DNA of 64,000 nucleotides from Vicinamibacteria bacterium (GTDB lineage Bacteria; Acidobacteriota; Vicinamibacteria; Marinacidobacterales; Marinacidobacteraceae): contig CAXXLQ010000004.1 of the NCBI GenBank assembly GCA_963668695.2, positions 3,840,001 to 3,904,000 of the forward strand, read 5' to 3'. Shown here in pieces: positions 60,589 to 64,000 of the stretch (within the stretch, counting starts at the first letter, position 1; each line of letters starts with the position of its first letter). Under the pieces are notes generated by a model. The model was not told where the DNA came from. It ran no database searches and worked only from the letters and a program-made list of their open reading frames with translations. The position numbers and the translations under genes are program-made.

Positions 60589-60731
60589 CTAGCAGCCGGT
60601 GGTGAAACCCAGGCGGCCCAGTTCTCCCGGTGGGGGCTCCTCCCTCACGCGCCTTGTCAGCCGGGCCCCCACCGGGAGAACTGGGCCTCGCCGCCCTCGG
60701 CGCTCACCCGGGTTCCGCCACCGGCTGCTAG
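60589..60731. mobile_element. Internally deleted MITE-like element, CTAG at both ends, two micro-inserts
   Basis: ctagcagccggtgg ... ccaccggctgctag; the central ~100 bp is missing at an insert. Confidence 0.85.
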
Positions 60732-62536
60732 CGCTCGGTCTCGATCCAGCGGCGGATGACGGTGTCCAGCACCGGGAGGGTGACCGGGCCGTTCAGCAGC
60801 ACCGCGTCGTGGAAGGCGCGGACGTCGAAGGCGTCGCCAAGCTCGGCCTCGGCGAGGGCGCGCATCTCGCGGAGCTTGAGTTCCCCCATCTTGTAGCCGA
60901 GGGCCTGCCCCGGCCACGCGATGTAGCGGTCGGTCTCGGTGGTGATCTCGTGGATCGAGAGGGCGGTGTTGGCGGCCAGGTAGTCGAGGGTCGCTTGCCT
61001 CGTCCAGCCGAGGGCGTGCATCCCGGTGTCCACCACCAACCGGCAGGCCCTCCACATCTCGTAGGTGAGCCTGCCGAAGTTGTTGTAAGGGTCCTCGTAG
61101 AAGCCGACCTCGAGTCCGAGCCGCTCCGAATAGAGCCCCCAGCCTTCGCTGTAGGCGCCGATCCCGAAGTAGCGGCGGAACTCGGGCAGGTCGAGTTCCT
61201 TGGCCAGGGAGATCTGGAGGTGGTGGCCGGGGACCGCCTCGTGGAGCGAGAGCGACTCCAGGGTGTAGAGCGGCCGGCTGTCGAGCTGGTAGGTGTTGAC
61301 CCAGTAACGTCCGGGCTGGGTTGAAGTGAGCGCCGCCCCGACGTAGCGGCCGCCGGTGTACTTCGGGGCGATGGCGTCCGGGACCGGCTCGACGGTGTAG
61401 GGCTGGCGCGGGAGGCGCCGGAAGAGCCGCGGCAGCGCTCCGTCCATGCGCTTCACGATCCACATCGCCTCCCGCAGCAACTCTTCGGGGGTGTCCACGT
61501 AGAAGCGGGGATCGGTGCGCAGGAACTCGAGGAACTCGGCGAAGGTCCCCTCGAACCCGGTGGCGCGCATCGCCTCTTCCATTTCGGCCCGGATGCGCTC
61601 CACCTCGGCGAGGCCGATTTGGTGGACCTCCTCGGCGGTCTGGTCGAGGGTGGTGAAGCGGCCGATCAGGAACGCGTAGTACTCGCGCCCGTTCGGCAGC
61701 TCGGAGGCGCCGATGCTCGTTCGGGCGGCGGGCCGGTATTCGTCCTCGAAGAAGTCGAGAAACGTCTGGTACGCGGCCGCCGCTCCGCTGAGGATCGCCT
61801 CCGCTCCCTCGGCTCGCAGCCGGCCCCGCTCGGCCTCCGGGATCCGCTCGGGGAGCGAAGCGAAGGGCGCGTAGAAGACGCTTTCCTCCGGGTCTTCGAC
61901 CACGTGGCTCGCGATCGTGACCTCGTACCCCTCGAGGACCACCCGGGGCACGGTCATTCCGAGTTCCATGCCGCGCCGCATGAGGGCGATGTGCTCCTCG
62001 AAGTAGCGGGGAATGTCGCGGAGCAGCGCGATGTAGGCGTCGTAGTCGGCCGCCGTGCGCAGCGGAAGCGAGTTCGGGAGGCGCGCCATCCCGATGTGGA
62101 ATCCGGAATCGGCGTTGATCGGGAGGAAGTGGCCGCCGAACTGCGCGTCACCGATCTGCTCGGCGAGCGCCGCCTCGAAGATGTCCCGATGGACCTGGTC
62201 GTCGTCCGAAAGCCGCTCGCGGGGGATTTCGAGCAGCCGGTCCCGGAAACCGCGCGCCGCCGCCGCGCGCCGCTCGCTGTCGGCCTCGGTCATGGAGCCG
62301 AGAGTCGTCGGGGAAACGCCGTCGAGCGAGGCCGCAAAACGGGGCTCCTCCTGGCGGCGGAACTCCATGAAGTCGTCGAAGAGCGCGTGGAGTTCGGCAT
62401 CACCCGACGCGGGAACCGGCTGGGCGGGCGCCGGCGCGGGAACCGGCTGGGCGGGCGCCAGCGCGGGAACAAGCCCCGCCACCCCGAGCCAGAGGCCGAT
62501 CCGGAGCGCGCGGGCGCAGAAGAGCGTGGAAATCAT
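60728..62536 (-). CDS. DUF885 family secreted protein
   Basis: HEAVPGHHLQ, AYSEGWGLYSE, RACRLVVDTG, PGQALGYK motifs. Confidence 0.93.
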   Translation of the reverse strand: MISTLFCARALRIGLWLGVAGLVPALAPAQPVPAPAPAQPVPASGDAELHALFDDFMEFRRQEEPRFAASLDGVSPTTLGSMTEADSERRAAAARGFRDRLLEIPRERLSDDDQVHRDIFEAALAEQIGDAQFGGHFLPINADSGFHIGMARLPNSLPLRTAADYDAYIALLRDIPRYFEEHIALMRRGMELGMTVPRVVLEGYEVTIASHVVEDPEESVFYAPFASLPERIPEAERGRLRAEGAEAILSGAAAAYQTFLDFFEDEYRPAARTSIGASELPNGREYYAFLIGRFTTLDQTAEEVHQIGLAEVERIRAEMEEAMRATGFEGTFAEFLEFLRTDPRFYVDTPEELLREAMWIVKRMDGALPRLFRRLPRQPYTVEPVPDAIAPKYTGGRYVGAALTSTQPGRYWVNTYQLDSRPLYTLESLSLHEAVPGHHLQISLAKELDLPEFRRYFGIGAYSEGWGLYSERLGLEVGFYEDPYNNFGRLTYEMWRACRLVVDTGMHALGWTRQATLDYLAANTALSIHEITTETDRYIAWPGQALGYKMGELKLREMRALAEAELGDAFDVRAFHDAVLLNGPVTLPVLDTVIRRWIETER

Positions 62537-62653
62537 GAAGCCGATGCTACCGAACCGCCTTCCGCCCGCCCGAGCAACGTTCCGGACCGGTGGAGCGCCC
62601 GGGACCTCCCGCGGGGCGAGCCGGGTAGACTCGAACCTCGATCGAGGTGCACC

Positions 62654-64000
62654 ATGAATGTGTCAAGAGGGAACGAACACGCACGCAGAAAATTCCTCGC
62701 CTACTTCTCGGGCGCCGGACTGACCACGACGCTCTTCCCCGGCGTGCTTTGGGCGCGTCTCCAGGAGAGCGGCGCGGAGAGCTTGAACATCGGCATGATG
62801 AAGGAGACCGCGGCTCTCGCCGGGCTTGAGTTCACCGACGAGGAATACGAGCTGATGGTGGACGAGGTCAAGAAGAACTTCGACCACTACCACGAGATGC
62901 GGCAAACGCACCTCGACAACTCGGTACCTCCTCCCCTCTATTTCAACCCCGCCGTTCCCGGGATGAGGTTCGAGCGCACCGAACGGGCGTTGCGCCTGAG
63001 TGAAGTGCGCGGGGTGTCGCGTCCCGCCAATCTGGAGGATGTCGCGTTCTGGCCGGTGACCCGGTTGGCCCGCCTGATCGAGACGCGCGAGGTCAGCGCG
63101 CTCGAGCTGACCGACATGTATCTCTCGAGGCTCGAGCGGTTGAATCCGGTCCTCAACTGCGTCGTGACCCTCACCACGGACCGGGCGCGCGAACAAGCGC
63201 GGCAGGCGGATGAAGAAATCGCCGCCGGACGCTACCGGGGCCCGCTCCACGGCATCCCCTGGGGCGCCAAGGACATCATCGCGGTGCGCGGATACCGCAC
63301 GACCTGGGGCGCCGCCCCCTTCGAGAATCAGGTCCTCGACGTCGACGCCGCCGTCGTCCAGCGTCTGGATGCGGCGGGCGCCGTGCTCGTCGCCAAGCTC
63401 ACGACCGGCGAGCTGGCGTTCGGCGACCAGTGGTTCGGCGGGCGCACGAACAACCCGTGGAAGCCGGAGGAAGGTTCCAGCGGGTCGTCCGCCGGCTCGG
63501 GCTCGGCGGCCGGCGGCGGCCTCGTGGGGTTCGCGATCGGAACCGACACGGGCGGATCGATCCTTTCGCCGGCGGTGCGGAACGGCGTCGTCGGTCTCCG
63601 CCCGACATTCGGGAGGGTCAGCCGCTACGGCGTGATGGCCGCCGGGTACACGCTGGACAAGATCGGGCCCATGACGCGAATGGTCGAGGACAACGCTTTG
63701 GTCCTGCATGCCATTGCCGGGCCTGACGACCGCGACCTCGCCGTCGTCGCTGGCGTTCCGTTCAACTGGGACGGTACGGCTTCCGTGCGCGAACTGCGGT
63801 TCGGCTTTTGCGCGTCCGCGTTCGAAGAGGCGGATTCGCCGGAAGGCGAAGCGACTCTCGCACACGCCCGCCGGAGTCTGGACACCCTCCGCTCGCTCGG
63901 CTATGACCTCAAACCCGTGGAGATACCGCGCAATCGACTCTCGTATTTCATCGAGTACGTCGAGCGGTCCGCCGGTTTCGACGAATTCGCGCGGACCCGG
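62654..64000 (+). CDS. Amidase-signature family enzyme with Tat signal, runs off the window end
   Basis: Manual translation: MNVSRGNEHARRKFLAYF..., PLHGIPWGAKD, GSSGSSAGS, IGTDTGGSI; SD gaggtg. Confidence 0.9.
   Translation, partial: MNVSRGNEHARRKFLAYFSGAGLTTTLFPGVLWARLQESGAESLNIGMMKETAALAGLEFTDEEYELMVDEVKKNFDHYHEMRQTHLDNSVPPPLYFNPAVPGMRFERTERALRLSEVRGVSRPANLEDVAFWPVTRLARLIETREVSALELTDMYLSRLERLNPVLNCVVTLTTDRAREQARQADEEIAAGRYRGPLHGIPWGAKDIIAVRGYRTTWGAAPFENQVLDVDAAVVQRLDAAGAVLVAKLTTGELAFGDQWFGGRTNNPWKPEEGSSGSSAGSGSAAGGGLVGFAIGTDTGGSILSPAVRNGVVGLRPTFGRVSRYGVMAAGYTLDKIGPMTRMVEDNALVLHAIAGPDDRDLAVVAGVPFNWDGTASVRELRFGFCASAFEEADSPEGEATLAHARRSLDTLRSLGYDLKPVEIPRNRLSYFIEYVERSAGFDEFARTR

Noticed and set aside
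1-64000. Transposase, integrase, RAYT, reverse transcriptase, prophage, tRNA or rRNA
   Set aside because: No diagnostic motifs recognised in the ORF track or intergenic regions; any enzyme acting on the repeats must be encoded elsewhere

Overview
High-GC bacterial chromosomal window. The gene content (ankyrin, NHL and TPR proteins, DUF1592/DUF1552 pairs, VPS10/BNR hydrolase, DUF885, Tat-exported amidase) resembles Acidobacteriota/Gemmatimonadota, possibly host-associated; this is inference. It holds about 50 CDS: a tandemly duplicated DUF1592(c-heme)-DUF1552-ankyrin cassette, four toxin-antitoxin pairs (2x VapBC, MNT-HEPN, ParDE), one intact and one remnant AAA_14/DUF4143 gene, transporters (2x SSS, TrkA plus 2x TrkH), peptidases, acs, lhgO, xth, and a desaturase / HHxxxD acyltransferase / GH3 adenylating-enzyme cluster. 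The most unusual content is non-coding. (i) About 11 copies of a ~183-bp MITE-like element with AACAGCCTGTGG-type inverted ends, including nested, tandem and in-frame copies. (ii) REP-like hairpins. (iii) About two dozen copies of a non-palindromic ~22-nt micro-insert, GCC-CCCACCGGGAGAACTG-GCC, placed at several different positions inside the MITEs and REPs; empty and filled sites are both visible in the window. (iv) A 1.2-kb satellite with a 53-bp period. Five genes carry single-base frameshifts, most likely sequencing indels. No transposase, tRNA, rRNA or CRISPR array was recognised.
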